Shown piece by piece: positions 26,913 to 37,169 of a stretch of 39,605 bases of DNA. Within the stretch, counting starts at the first letter, position 1. Every line of letters starts with the position of its first letter. Source of the stretch: Enterobacter phage NJ2; sequence record OR822025.1; one strand, written 5' to 3'. Under the pieces are notes generated by a model. That model searched no databases. It was given only the letters and a program-made list of their open reading frames with translations, and was not told the DNA's origin. A program made the translations under genes and the position numbers.

Positions 26913-26933
26913 TAACAACTCACTACAGGGAGA
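26911..26933 (+). promoter_or_regulatory. phage RNAP class II promoter (phi3.8 equivalent), AATAACAACTCACTACAGGGAGA
   Basis: Two mismatches to consensus (-11 A, -2 C). It lies ahead of gene 4. Confidence 0.65.
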
Positions 26934-26937
26934 CTGA

Positions 26938-28786
<1,849 letters not shown>

Positions 28787-28788
<2 letters not shown>

Positions 28789-28809
28789 TAACGACTCACT
28801 ATCAGCAGA
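28787..28809 (+). promoter_or_regulatory. phage RNAP class II promoter (phi4.3 equivalent), AATAACGACTCACTATCAGCAGA
   Basis: Consensus -17..-2. It overlaps the gene 4 stop. Confidence 0.65.
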
Positions 28810-28895
28810 CTACTCAGAGGACCACGGACTGTGGTGTGATGGTTTCTGCTGTATGCATAACCCAAAGAATCTTTACTATCGAAAGGAGAATCACC

Positions 28896-29105
28896 ATGTT
28901 TAAGTTCATCAAATCTTTAGGTAAACTCGTAGTCCGTCTGTACAACGCTGAAGCCCGTAAGCTGAACGCAAAGGCTAAAGGTGAAGCCAAGCTGGCCCAG
29001 GAGTTAGCGCTCCGTTCCCGCAAGCTGTCCGAGAGTTCCATTGAGAACACCAACGAAGCAGCACGCGTAGCAGCACAGGCTCAGCAACTGTCCAAATTCT
29101 TCTAA
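28896..29105 (+). CDS. gene 4.3-position protein, 69 aa, lysine/alanine-rich helical
   Basis: ATG 28896 with a GAAAGGAGAA RBS. Size ~ T7 gp4.3 (70 aa). Confidence 0.6.
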   Translation: MFKFIKSLGKLVVRLYNAEARKLNAKAKGEAKLAQELALRSRKLSESSIENTNEAARVAAQAQQLSKFF

Positions 29106-29182
29106 GCTTATGGACGTCTACATCCTGGCCGGGTTCATTCTCGGCATAATCTTCGCACTCAATCACTCGTAAGGAGCACACA

Positions 29183-29488
29183 ATGGCTAAGTTCCCAGGT
29201 AACACAATTGCGCTTTCCGATACCGCTGACCAGTGGGGCCGTAAGGTTCACATCAACGTCCGCAATGGCAAGGTAACTCTGGTCTATCGCTGGAAGTCCC
29301 GCTCAGATAACCGTGCGCACACTCAGCGTATGACCCTGGACGACACTCAGGCTTCCCGTCTGCTGGCCTCTGTGGCTGTAGCCGCTGCCGTGGCAATCGG
29401 TGAAGACAAAGCCCGTGAGCTGGTGCTAGGTAAGGTGATAGGCGAGGAGTCAATTCGTCTCGCTGCACTGTCTGAAGCAATTCACTAA
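29183..29488 (+). CDS. gene 4.5-position protein, 101 aa
   Basis: RBS TAAGGAG. Synteny (T7 gp4.5 is 89 aa). Confidence 0.6.
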   Translation: MAKFPGNTIALSDTADQWGRKVHINVRNGKVTLVYRWKSRSDNRAHTQRMTLDDTQASRLLASVAVAAAVAIGEDKARELVLGKVIGEESIRLAALSEAIH

Positions 29489-29493
29489 GTGGT

Positions 29494-29530
29494 AAACTCA
29501 AGGTCATCCGTCTGGGTGGCCTTCATGATT
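29494..29530 (+). promoter_or_regulatory. RNase III-type processing hairpin (R4.7 equivalent)
   Basis: AAACTCAAGGT-CATCC-gtctg-GGTGGCC-TTCATGATT is a near-copy of the 22384 element. It lies between 4.5 and 4.7, as in T7. Confidence 0.55.
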
Positions 29531-29533
29531 ATC

Positions 29534-29556
29534 ATTAACGACTCACCAAAGGAGAC
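29534..29556 (+). promoter_or_regulatory. degenerate phage-promoter-like sequence ATTAACGACTCACCAAAGGAGAC (phi4.7-position)
   Basis: Matches consensus only from -17 to -6. The -5..+1 region is replaced. It may be a weak or defunct promoter and doubles as the RBS for the next gene. Confidence 0.3.
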
Positions 29557-29560
29557 CATC

Positions 29561-29953
29561 ATGCGTCCTTCAAAAGAGATTCAAGCAGAGATTGACAAAC
29601 TGAACGAGGAACTCAAGGCGTCCTCTCAGCACGAACTAAAGGTATCCTCGGCGGTACACGTCCTGGAGAACCTGGGGTGGACCCACAATGGCCGCACCTG
29701 GGTTAAACCTGCGGTACCAGTAAAGTCTCGTGACTATCAGGCTCCAGTATCCGCTGGAGGGCTGGCATCCTGGGACGGCGGTGCTGTAGGTGGACATGTG
29801 TACGTTCGAAGCGTGACTGGCCAGTGGGCCGTTGTGTCGCACCTACAGAGCGTAGGCATCGCTGGGTTCAATGCCCACAGTGCCCTGTTCACCGTTCCTG
29901 TGAGTCAGCTCACTATGCGTCCTAAAGAATACTTCCTGGGCCGCAAACTGTAA
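29561..29953 (+). CDS. gene 4.7-position protein, 130 aa
   Basis: ATG 29561 with AAAGGAGACCATC upstream, the identical 18-nt leader to gene 5. T7 gp4.7 is 135 aa. Confidence 0.65.
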   Translation: MRPSKEIQAEIDKLNEELKASSQHELKVSSAVHVLENLGWTHNGRTWVKPAVPVKSRDYQAPVSAGGLASWDGGAVGGHVYVRSVTGQWAVVSHLQSVGIAGFNAHSALFTVPVSQLTMRPKEYFLGRKL

Positions 29954-29971
29954 CAACCAAAGGAGACCATC

Positions 29972-32125
29972 ATGTTAGTAACTGACATCGAGGCCAACAA
30001 CCTCTTAGAGAACGTCACGCAGTTCCATTGTGGGGTCATCTATGATTACTCTACAGGCGAGTACGTATCGTACCGACCTTGGGACTTCGCCGCTTATCTG
30101 GATGCACTGGAAGCTGAAGTTGCGCGTGGTGGTCTCATCGTGTTCCATAACGGACACAAGTACGATGCCCCTGTGTTGACCAAGCTGGCGAAGCTCCAGT
30201 TAGACCGCGAGTTCCACCTGCCGCGTGAGAACGTGGTGGACACGTTGGTACTCTCTCGTCTCATCTACGCGAACATCAAAGATACCGATATGGGTCTGCT
30301 GCGCTCCGGGAAACTCCCAGGTAAACGCTTCGGTTCGCACGCTCTGGAAGCCTGGGGCTACCGTTTAGGCGAGATGAAGGGTGAGTACAAGGATGACTTC
30401 AAGAAGCTCCTGGAGGAGCAGGGAGAGGCGTACACTGATGGCCTGGAATGGGTCAGCTTCAACGAGCCAATGATGGACTATAACGTTCAAGACGTTGTGG
30501 TGACCAAGGCGCTCTTAGAGAAGCTCATCAGTAACGTAGCGTATTTCCCGGCTGGCATCGACTGGACTGACGTAGGGTCAACCTTCTGGACGGAATCGTG
30601 TGAGGCCATATGGCTTGAACACCGGGCCGCTTGGTTATTAGCTAAGCAGGAACGTAACGGATTCCCGTTTGATGAGAAGTCAATTGAGGAACTTTACGTT
30701 GAACTGGCTGGTCGACGCTCTGAGTTACTCCAGCAGTTAACCGATACGTTCGGCACCTGGTACCAACCTAAGGGTGGCACTGAAGTATTCATTGCTCCAA
30801 AATCTGGGAGACCACTGTATGATTACCCACGCGTCAAATACCCGAAACAAGGTGGCGTCTACAAGAAGCCGAAGAACAAGGCCCAACGAGAAGGTCGGGA
30901 ACCTTGTGAGCTGGACACCCGTGATTACATGGAAGGTGCTCCGTACACTCCTGTAGAGCACGTTGTGTTTAACCCGTCATCACGCGACCACATCGCCCTC
31001 AAGCTGAAAGAGGCTGGGTGGATTCCTACGGAGTTCACCGATAAAGGCGCTCCTAAGGTTGACGATGAGGTCCTTGAGCACGTTCGTGTTGATGACCCAC
31101 AGAAGCAAGCCAGCATCGACCTCATTAAAGAGTACCTGATGATTCAGAAGCGAATCGGTCAGGCTGCTGAGGGAGACAAGGCGTGGCTTCGTTACGTCGC
31201 AGAGGATGGAAAGATTCATGGTAGCGTTAATCCTAATGGTGCGGTCACTGGCCGCGCTACTCACAGCTTCCCCAACCTGGGCCAAGTTCCTGGGACTCGT
31301 GCGCCGTATGGTGAACAGTGCCGAGCTGCTTTTGGGGCTGAGCATCACCTTGATGGCATTACTGGCCTTCCTTGGATTCAAGCTGGTATTGATGCTAGTG
31401 GCCTTGAACTCCGTTGTCTCGCTCATTTCATGGCTCCTTATGACGACGGTCAGTACGCTGATGTCATTCTTAACGGTGATATCCACTGGACTAACGCTGT
31501 AGCTGCTGACTTGGCACCGGACGTTCCTCGTGATAAGAGTAGTCATGAGCACGATATGATGCGTGACAACGCGAAGACGTTCATCTATGGGTTCCTCTAT
31601 GGCGCAGGTGACGCGAAGACAGGGCAGATTGTAGGCGGTGATAAGGCTGAGGGTAAGCGACTCAAGACAAAATTCCTTGAGAACACCCCAGCGATTGCAG
31701 CCCTACGTGAGGCCATCCAACAGTCCCTCGTGTCTGACTCTAAGTGGGTCGGTGGGGAACAGAAGGTGACCTGGAAGCGTCGTTGGATTCGTGGCCTTGA
31801 TGGTCGAAGGGTTCACGTCCGTAGTCCACATGCAGCTCTGAACACGTTGCTCCAGTCCGCTGGTGCTCTTATTTGTAAGCTGTGGATTGTCAGGACCGAG
31901 GAGATGCTCCTTGAGGCTGGCCTGAAGCATGGCTGGGATGGGGACTTTGCGTACATGGCCTGGGTTCATGACGAAATCCAAGTAGCGTGCCGCACCCCAG
32001 AGATTGCTCAGCAGGTCGTTGACATCGCTCAACAGGCTATGCGCTGGGTAGGTGAACACTGGAACTTCAGGTGCCGATTGGACACTGAAGGTAAGATTGG
32101 TCCTAATTGGGCGGTCTGTCACTAA
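29972..32125 (+). CDS. 5: DNA polymerase (gene 5), 717 aa, with 3'-5' exonuclease and thioredoxin-binding-type family A polymerase domains
   Basis: Near-collinear with T7 gp5 (MLVTDIEANNLLENVTQFHCGVIYDYSTGEYVSYRP ... KTFIYGFLYGAG ... HDEIQV ... GPNWAVCH). Confidence 0.97.
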   Translation: MLVTDIEANNLLENVTQFHCGVIYDYSTGEYVSYRPWDFAAYLDALEAEVARGGLIVFHNGHKYDAPVLTKLAKLQLDREFHLPRENVVDTLVLSRLIYANIKDTDMGLLRSGKLPGKRFGSHALEAWGYRLGEMKGEYKDDFKKLLEEQGEAYTDGLEWVSFNEPMMDYNVQDVVVTKALLEKLISNVAYFPAGIDWTDVGSTFWTESCEAIWLEHRAAWLLAKQERNGFPFDEKSIEELYVELAGRRSELLQQLTDTFGTWYQPKGGTEVFIAPKSGRPLYDYPRVKYPKQGGVYKKPKNKAQREGREPCELDTRDYMEGAPYTPVEHVVFNPSSRDHIALKLKEAGWIPTEFTDKGAPKVDDEVLEHVRVDDPQKQASIDLIKEYLMIQKRIGQAAEGDKAWLRYVAEDGKIHGSVNPNGAVTGRATHSFPNLGQVPGTRAPYGEQCRAAFGAEHHLDGITGLPWIQAGIDASGLELRCLAHFMAPYDDGQYADVILNGDIHWTNAVAADLAPDVPRDKSSHEHDMMRDNAKTFIYGFLYGAGDAKTGQIVGGDKAEGKRLKTKFLENTPAIAALREAIQQSLVSDSKWVGGEQKVTWKRRWIRGLDGRRVHVRSPHAALNTLLQSAGALICKLWIVRTEEMLLEAGLKHGWDGDFAYMAWVHDEIQVACRTPEIAQQVVDIAQQAMRWVGEHWNFRCRLDTEGKIGPNWAVCH

Positions 32126-32146
32126 TTAACAGAGGAGTAACACACA

Positions 32147-32431
32147 ATGGGTATGAACAAAAAGTTTCGCGTATCGTTTGACGTTACGGCAACCATGAGT
32201 CACGACCAGGAGGCAGAGTTCCAAGCCGCTCTGGTAGAACTCGCTAAGGGTCCTCGTACTTCACGTCAGGACTACATCTTGATTCAGGCTCTGACGCATG
32301 GACCTGAGGGTGCCTTTGCGGCTGTCCTCAAAGACGGGCTTCGTGAGGCTGTGCGGGAGCTGGCTGATGAAGTCAACTGTGACGCTATCGCTGTGCGCTT
32401 CGGACCCGCTGAAGTGAGGGCCAAGTCATGA
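32147..32431 (+). CDS. gene 5.3/5.5-position protein, 94 aa
   Basis: RBS AGAGGAG. Begins MGMNKKFRVSFDVTATMSHDQEAEF. The T7 5.5 region is 99 aa. The homology assignment is tentative. Confidence 0.65.
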   Translation: MGMNKKFRVSFDVTATMSHDQEAEFQAALVELAKGPRTSRQDYILIQALTHGPEGAFAAVLKDGLREAVRELADEVNCDAIAVRFGPAEVRAKS

Positions 32432-32637
32432 GTGAGTACCTGAAAGTTCTGGCGGCTATCAAAGGCTGTCCTAAGACTTTCCAGTCGAACTACGTGCGCA
32501 ACAATGCAGCACTGGTAGCGGAGGCGGCCTCTCGGGGTCACCTCTCGTGCCTGACTGTGAACGGTCGAAACGGTGGCGCTTGGGAAATCACTGCGTCTGG
32601 CGTTAAGTTCTTGAAAACAAACGGAGGCTGTGTATGA
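32428..32637 (+). CDS. 5.7: gene 5.7 homolog, 69 aa
   Basis: Same length as T7 gp5.7. ATGA coupling to the upstream gene. Confidence 0.65.
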   Translation: MSEYLKVLAAIKGCPKTFQSNYVRNNAALVAEAASRGHLSCLTVNGRNGGAWEITASGVKFLKTNGGCV

Positions 32638-32756
32638 GTCTGCGAGGACTGATAGCAAGCAAGCCGTGCAAGAAGTGCGGCGAATGTCCAACTCTCTGTG
32701 GGTACTCTGGGGCATCCTATTGGTGGTGCCACAAATGTGATAAGGAGGTGGTATGA
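32634..32756 (+). CDS. micro-ORF, 40 aa, Cys-rich zinc-ribbon-like (MSLRGLIASKPCKKCGECPTLCGYSGASYWWCHKCDKEVV)
   Basis: Coupled at both ends (ATGA overlaps with 5.7 and with the downstream ORF). CxxCxxC...C...CxxC pattern. Confidence 0.45.
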   Translation: MSLRGLIASKPCKKCGECPTLCGYSGASYWWCHKCDKEVV

Positions 32757-33088
32757 ACACTCTGAATGAACTGAAGGAGTTCCTCGCTGAGAACCCTTGG
32801 ACCGATGAGCTTCCTAGCGATACCTGGGAAGTGGTGGAAGTAGGCGATTGGAAGGACTGCCACAAGGCGGAGTCCCGTGAGGACATCGTGAAGCATTTGC
32901 CTACCGGGAAGTTCTTCGAAGTCCAACTGTACAGAACGGGCGACCACTGGCAGGGCTACGAGACAGAGCTGTCCGATGTCGTTGAGGTGGAACCTTACGA
33001 GGAGCTGGTCACCCTGTACCGTCCAGTTAAACTGCTGGCTGCGACTGTCCCTGCGATGAGTAAGGCTAAGGCGGTGAGTGATGAGTAA
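32753..33088 (+). CDS. hypothetical strongly acidic protein, 111 aa, at the gp5.9 (RecBCD inhibitor) position
   Basis: RBS TAAGGAGGTG. About 26 D/E versus ~13 K/R (my rough count). No resemblance to the 52-aa T7 gp5.9. Its stop overlaps the gene 6 start. Confidence 0.7.
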   Translation: MNTLNELKEFLAENPWTDELPSDTWEVVEVGDWKDCHKAESREDIVKHLPTGKFFEVQLYRTGDHWQGYETELSDVVEVEPYEELVTLYRPVKLLAATVPAMSKAKAVSDE

Positions 33089-33995
33089 GAAACCACACAC
33101 ACTGCTGTCACTCAGTGACCACCTGGCTAAGCTTGCGCCGACCAAGGGCATCTTAGTGATGGACGGTGACTGGCTTGTGTTCCAGTCTATGTCTGCCGCT
33201 GAGTATGATGCAAGCTGGGAGGAAGAAGTCTGGATGCGCTGCTGCGACCACGCTAAGGCTCGTGAGATTCTCTTCGATACCATCAAGTCCTACGCTAGCC
33301 GTAAGAAGGCTTGGTCTGGTGCCCCGATTATCCTTGCGTTCACTGACCGTGTTAACTGGCGTAAAGAGCTGGTCGACCCGACCTACAAGGAGAACCGAGC
33401 GGTCACCAAGAAGCCTGTGGGATACTTCGAGTTCCTGGATACCCTCTTTGCGAACGAAGACTACCTGTGCGTCCGTGAGGACACTCTGGAAGGTGACGAC
33501 ATCATGGGTATCATCGGGTCAAACCCTAGACAGTTCAACTCCCGTAAGGCCGTTCTGGTCTCCTGTGACAAGGACTTTAAGACGGTTCCCGACTGTGACT
33601 TCCTGTGGTGTACCACTGGCAACATCCTGACTCAGACAATGGAGTCCGCTGACTACTGGCATATGTATCAGACCGTCAAAGGTGACATCACCGATGGCTA
33701 TGCAGGTATCCCAGGGTGCGGCGAGAAGTTCGTTGAGGAGTTCCTGGCGAATCCTGTGATGTTCTTCGAGGAGACTAGCATCCTCAAGTCCGGTAAGAAC
33801 AAGGGCCAGGAAGTAACCAAGTGGAAATCCCGTGAGCTGGCTGAGGGTGAGACCCTGTGGGACGCTATCGTGTCCGTGGGTGCCAAGGCTGGTGTGGACG
33901 AGGAGTACATCATCAAGCAAGCGCAGATGGCCCGTATCCTGCGAGACACCGACTACAACATCGAGACCGGGGAGATTACCTTATGGAAGCCCTGA
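33078..33995 (+). CDS. 6: 5'-3' exonuclease (gene 6), 305 aa
   Basis: KGILVMDGDWLVFQSMSAAEYDASWEEEVWMRCCDHAKAREIL matches T7 gp6 almost residue for residue, as I recall it. FEN-family motifs. Confidence 0.95.
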   Translation: MMSKKPHTLLSLSDHLAKLAPTKGILVMDGDWLVFQSMSAAEYDASWEEEVWMRCCDHAKAREILFDTIKSYASRKKAWSGAPIILAFTDRVNWRKELVDPTYKENRAVTKKPVGYFEFLDTLFANEDYLCVREDTLEGDDIMGIIGSNPRQFNSRKAVLVSCDKDFKTVPDCDFLWCTTGNILTQTMESADYWHMYQTVKGDITDGYAGIPGCGEKFVEEFLANPVMFFEETSILKSGKNKGQEVTKWKSRELAEGETLWDAIVSVGAKAGVDEEYIIKQAQMARILRDTDYNIETGEITLWKP

Positions 33996-34111
33996 AGTTC
34001 GTGCTGATAGCTGGTATGGTCGGCATGGTTGCGAGAGCACTCTGGATGCTGGCACTGATTGGTAAAACTGTGTGGGAACATCGTGACCCACCAGAAGGTC
34101 CTAAGCAGTAG
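33983..34111 (+). CDS. gene 6.3-like small membrane protein, 42 aa (MEALKFVLIAGMVGMVARALWMLALIGKTVWEHRDPPEGPKQ)
   Basis: ATG overlapping the last codons of gene 6, as 6.3 does in T7. Hydrophobic. Confidence 0.45.
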   Translation: MEALKFVLIAGMVGMVARALWMLALIGKTVWEHRDPPEGPKQ

Positions 34112-34127
34112 TAAACTCAAGTAGATT

Positions 34128-34150
34128 AATAACGACTCACTATAGGGAGA
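34128..34150 (+). promoter_or_regulatory. phage RNAP class III promoter (phi6.5 equivalent), AATAACGACTCACTATAGGGAGA
   Basis: Consensus 23-mer. The +1 G is at 34145. Confidence 0.9.
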
Positions 34151-34195
34151 GATTAGTCTACTTTATGATTACTATTATACTTAAGGAGTTACTTA

Positions 34196-34438
34196 ATGTT
34201 AAAACCTGTAGAGCATATCCTAAAGAATCCTAACGATATTCCTGATGTGCCTCGCACAGTCAAAGAGTATCTTCAATCCCGATACAACGCCTCGTTTCTC
34301 TATGAGGCCGTAGTGCCTAACCTGAGGGCCAAGGGTCACACTGAGGAGTTTATCTCCGGTGTACTTCATGGTTTCAACGAGGCTGCTAAGGTCATTGATG
34401 AGATGGAGGCCCGTAAGTCTAACCTGATGGAGGAGTAA
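34196..34438 (+). CDS. 6.5: gene 6.5 homolog, 80 aa
   Basis: RBS TAAGGAG. Size ~ T7 gp6.5 (84 aa). Synteny. Confidence 0.7.
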   Translation: MLKPVEHILKNPNDIPDVPRTVKEYLQSRYNASFLYEAVVPNLRAKGHTEEFISGVLHGFNEAAKVIDEMEARKSNLMEE

Positions 34439-34442
34439 GCGT

Positions 34443-34712
34443 ATGTGTTTCTCACCAAAGATTAAGACGCCTAAGGTTGACACGAAGCAGATTAAAGCTG
34501 TGGAACCTGCACCACTGACGGATGAACCTAAGGGTGTACTGTTCGGTGGGGAGGATGACTCCAACCCAACTGGAGGTTCCTCTGAGGTTGCTTCTGGTAC
34601 TTCCCGAAAGGACGCTAAGATTGAACTCGACGCTCCAGCCAAGGAGAAGACCAGTAAGAAGTCCAACGGCGGAGTCCGTAAGTCAATCAACAACAAGGCG
34701 TTCGGTAAATGA
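34443..34712 (+). CDS. 6.7: gene 6.7 homolog (small virion protein), 89 aa
   Basis: MCFSPKIKTPK start as in T7 gp6.7. 88 vs 89 aa. Confidence 0.8.
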   Translation: MCFSPKIKTPKVDTKQIKAVEPAPLTDEPKGVLFGGEDDSNPTGGSSEVASGTSRKDAKIELDAPAKEKTSKKSNGGVRKSINNKAFGK

Positions 34713-35095
34713 TTGGGCCACTCCCGGTCGTAGACAGAGCGGCTGCCATAGTGTGGACCGTTGAGTACCTTGGGATTCCTTATGGATTCTCTACGTTCTC
34801 GGAGTATGCCGATTGGGTCGATGACCTGATGGACAGCTCTGGTGACGAGGAGTATTACTTCAAGGGTCCCGATGGGTCACTCATGGCCTACGTGGCAGTT
34901 TGCGTAAGTAATGACATCCACCACAAGGGTGATATCTTTGATGTGACCAGCATCGTATTCAAGCCGAGAGCCTCCGCTGCACCTCAAGTGTGGCGATGGG
35001 CCTACGAGGAAGCGAAGCGTAGAGGATGTCAGTGGGTCTCCCGTTGTGAGCACAATCACGATGGGTCCATAACCAATATATTCAAGAGGGTATAA
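34709..35095 (+). CDS. 7: gene 7 homolog (virion/host-range protein), 128 aa
   Basis: Synteny. ATGA coupling. T7 gp7 is 133 aa. Confidence 0.7.
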   Translation: MIGPLPVVDRAAAIVWTVEYLGIPYGFSTFSEYADWVDDLMDSSGDEEYYFKGPDGSLMAYVAVCVSNDIHHKGDIFDVTSIVFKPRASAAPQVWRWAYEEAKRRGCQWVSRCEHNHDGSITNIFKRV

Positions 35096-35097
35096 TC

Positions 35098-35430
35098 ATG
35101 GGTAAGAAAATCAAGAAGGTAGTCAGGAAAGTGACCAAGCCTGTAGAGAAGGCTGTAAAGCAGGTTGGTAAAGCTGGTGAAGATGTCGTTAAAGGCGCGG
35201 CTGGTGTTGCTCTGGGTAAAGGCGGTGGTGGTGAGACTGTAGTGGTCAATCAGCCAGCTCCAGCAGCACAGGCGGCTCCACCTCCAGCAGCACTCGTAGA
35301 GCCTCCAAAGCCTGACGAAGTGGACACTGAAGATGATGCACAGACCGAAGCTGGTCGTAAGAAGGCACGAGCTGGCGGTAAGAAGTCTCTGAGTGTCGCT
35401 CGTAGTTCCGGCGGTGGTATCAACATTTAA
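35098..35430 (+). CDS. 7.3: tail assembly protein gene 7.3 homolog, 110 aa
   Basis: MGKKIKKVVRKVTKPVEKAVKQVGKA, a lysine-rich repetitive N-terminus typical of gp7.3. Confidence 0.8.
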   Translation: MGKKIKKVVRKVTKPVEKAVKQVGKAGEDVVKGAAGVALGKGGGGETVVVNQPAPAAQAAPPPAALVEPPKPDEVDTEDDAQTEAGRKKARAGGKKSLSVARSSGGGINI

Positions 35431-35447
35431 GTCCCAGGAGGTGAACC

Positions 35448-37064
35448 GTGGCACAAGAACGCACAGGGTTCGCGGAGGAAGGCGCTAAGGCAGTCTATGA
35501 CCGCTTGAAGAACGACCGTCAACCGTATGAAACCCGCGCTGAGAACTGCGCACAGTACACGATTCCCTCTTTGTTCCCTAAGGACTCAGACAACTCCTCA
35601 ACTGACTATACCACTCCGTGGCAAGCGGTCGGGGCCAGAGGTCTGAACAACTTGGCATCGAAGCTGATGTTGGCTCTCTTCCCAATGCAAACTTGGATGA
35701 AGCTGACCATTAGTGAGTTCGAGGCTAAGAGCCTTGTGGGAGACGCTGAGGGTCTCGCTAAGGTCGATGAGGGTCTCTCAATGGTAGAGCGAATCATCAT
35801 GAACTACATCGAGTCTAACAGCTACCGAGTGACTCTCTTTGAGTGCCTCAAGCAGTTAGTCGTAGCAGGGAACGCCTTGCTATACATCCCGGAGCCTGAA
35901 GGTTCTGACTCGTCGTACAACCCAATGAAACTATATCGTCTGTCTTCTTATGTGGTCCAACGAGACGCATACGGCAACGTTCTTCAATTGGTGACACGCG
36001 ACCAGATTGCTTTCGGTGCGCTCCCTGAGGATGTCCGGCAGTCCATCACTAAGAGTGGTGGTGAGATGAAACCTGATGAGAACATTGATGTCTACACTCA
36101 CGTCTACCTCGACGAAGAAACAGGTGGATACCTGAAGTACGAGGAAGCCGCAGAGACCGAGATTGAAGGTTCTGATGCGCAGTATCCTATTGATGGGTGC
36201 CCTTGGATTCCTGTTCGTATGGTCCGCATCGACGGTGAATCTTATGGCCGTTCCTACGCTGAGGAATACTTGGGTGACCTGCGGTCCCTTGAGAACCTCC
36301 AGGAGGCCATCGTCAAGATGTCCATGATTAGCGCCAAGGTTATCGGCCTGGTCAACCCTGCTGGCATCACTCAGCCTCGTCGACTCACTGCTGCACAGAC
36401 TGGCGACTTTGTTCCCGGTAAGCGTGAAGATATTGACTTCCTCCAACTGGAGAAGCAAGCGGACTTCACAGTAGCGAAAGCTGTGAGTGACCAGATTGAG
36501 TCCAGACTGTCCTATGCCTTCATGCTTAACTCTGCGGTACAACGCACAGGTGAGCGTGTGACTGCCGAAGAGATTCGGTACGTAGCGTCCGAACTTGAGG
36601 ATACCCTCGGTGGTGTTTACTCAATCCTTAGCCAGGAACTCCAGTTGCCTCTGGTCCGCGTACTGCTCAAGCAGCTACAGGCCACGCAGCAGATTCCTGA
36701 TTTACCTAAGGAGGCCGTAGAGCCAACCATCAGCACGGGCCTTGAGGCTATCGGTCGTGGTCAGGACCTAGACAAGCTGGAACGCTGCATCGCCGCATGG
36801 TCTTCACTGAAGGTCATGGAAGGTGATAAGGACATCAACCTGTCTGTCATTAAGCTGCGCATTGCGAACGCTATCGGTATTGACACTTCGGGTATCCTCC
36901 TTACCGAGGAACAGAAGGCTCAGGCTCTCGGTGCTGGTGCTGCTGAACAAGCTGCGCTGTCCGGTGGTGCTGCCTTGGGTGCTGGTGTTGCTCAACAGGC
37001 GACCGCTAGTCCAGAGGCTATGGCCGCTGCTGCGGACACTGTAGGCATGCAGCCTGGGGTGTAA
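35448..37064 (+). CDS. 8: head-tail connector (portal) protein (gene 8), 538 aa, GTG start
   Basis: Near-identical to T7 gp8 over its whole length (AQERTGFAEEGAKAVYDRLKNDRQPYETRAENCAQYTIPSLFPKDSDN...). GTG start with a GGAGGTGAACC RBS. Confidence 0.97.
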   Translation: MAQERTGFAEEGAKAVYDRLKNDRQPYETRAENCAQYTIPSLFPKDSDNSSTDYTTPWQAVGARGLNNLASKLMLALFPMQTWMKLTISEFEAKSLVGDAEGLAKVDEGLSMVERIIMNYIESNSYRVTLFECLKQLVVAGNALLYIPEPEGSDSSYNPMKLYRLSSYVVQRDAYGNVLQLVTRDQIAFGALPEDVRQSITKSGGEMKPDENIDVYTHVYLDEETGGYLKYEEAAETEIEGSDAQYPIDGCPWIPVRMVRIDGESYGRSYAEEYLGDLRSLENLQEAIVKMSMISAKVIGLVNPAGITQPRRLTAAQTGDFVPGKREDIDFLQLEKQADFTVAKAVSDQIESRLSYAFMLNSAVQRTGERVTAEEIRYVASELEDTLGGVYSILSQELQLPLVRVLLKQLQATQQIPDLPKEAVEPTISTGLEAIGRGQDLDKLERCIAAWSSLKVMEGDKDINLSVIKLRIANAIGIDTSGILLTEEQKAQALGAGAAEQAALSGGAALGAGVAQQATASPEAMAAAADTVGMQPGV

Positions 37065-37066
37065 CC

Positions 37067-37089
37067 ATTAACGACTCACTATAGGGATA
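37067..37089 (+). promoter_or_regulatory. phage RNAP class III promoter (phi9 equivalent), ATTAACGACTCACTATAGGGATA
   Basis: Consensus -17..+3. Confidence 0.88.
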
Positions 37090-37169
37090 CATCCAGATTG
37101 AATGAGGTCTGGTCAGATGGTTCGAGTCCATCGTGTCCCTTTAGTTTAAACTTATTGAGGAGATTGACA

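Noticed and set aside
29489-29560. N-terminal extension of the 4.7-position ORF (154 aa)
   Set aside because: The extension would run through the RNase III hairpin and the promoter-like sequence. ATG 29561 has the same RBS as gene 5.
32717-33286. 189-aa minus-strand ORF spanning the 5.9-position genes and the start of gene 6
   Set aside because: Antisense to ORFs with good RBSs and ATGA coupling on the + strand.
37098-37169. N-terminal extension of the scaffolding protein ORF (334 aa)
   Set aside because: It begins within the phi9 promoter/leader. ATG 37170 has a GAGGAG RBS and matches the T7 gp9 N-terminus.
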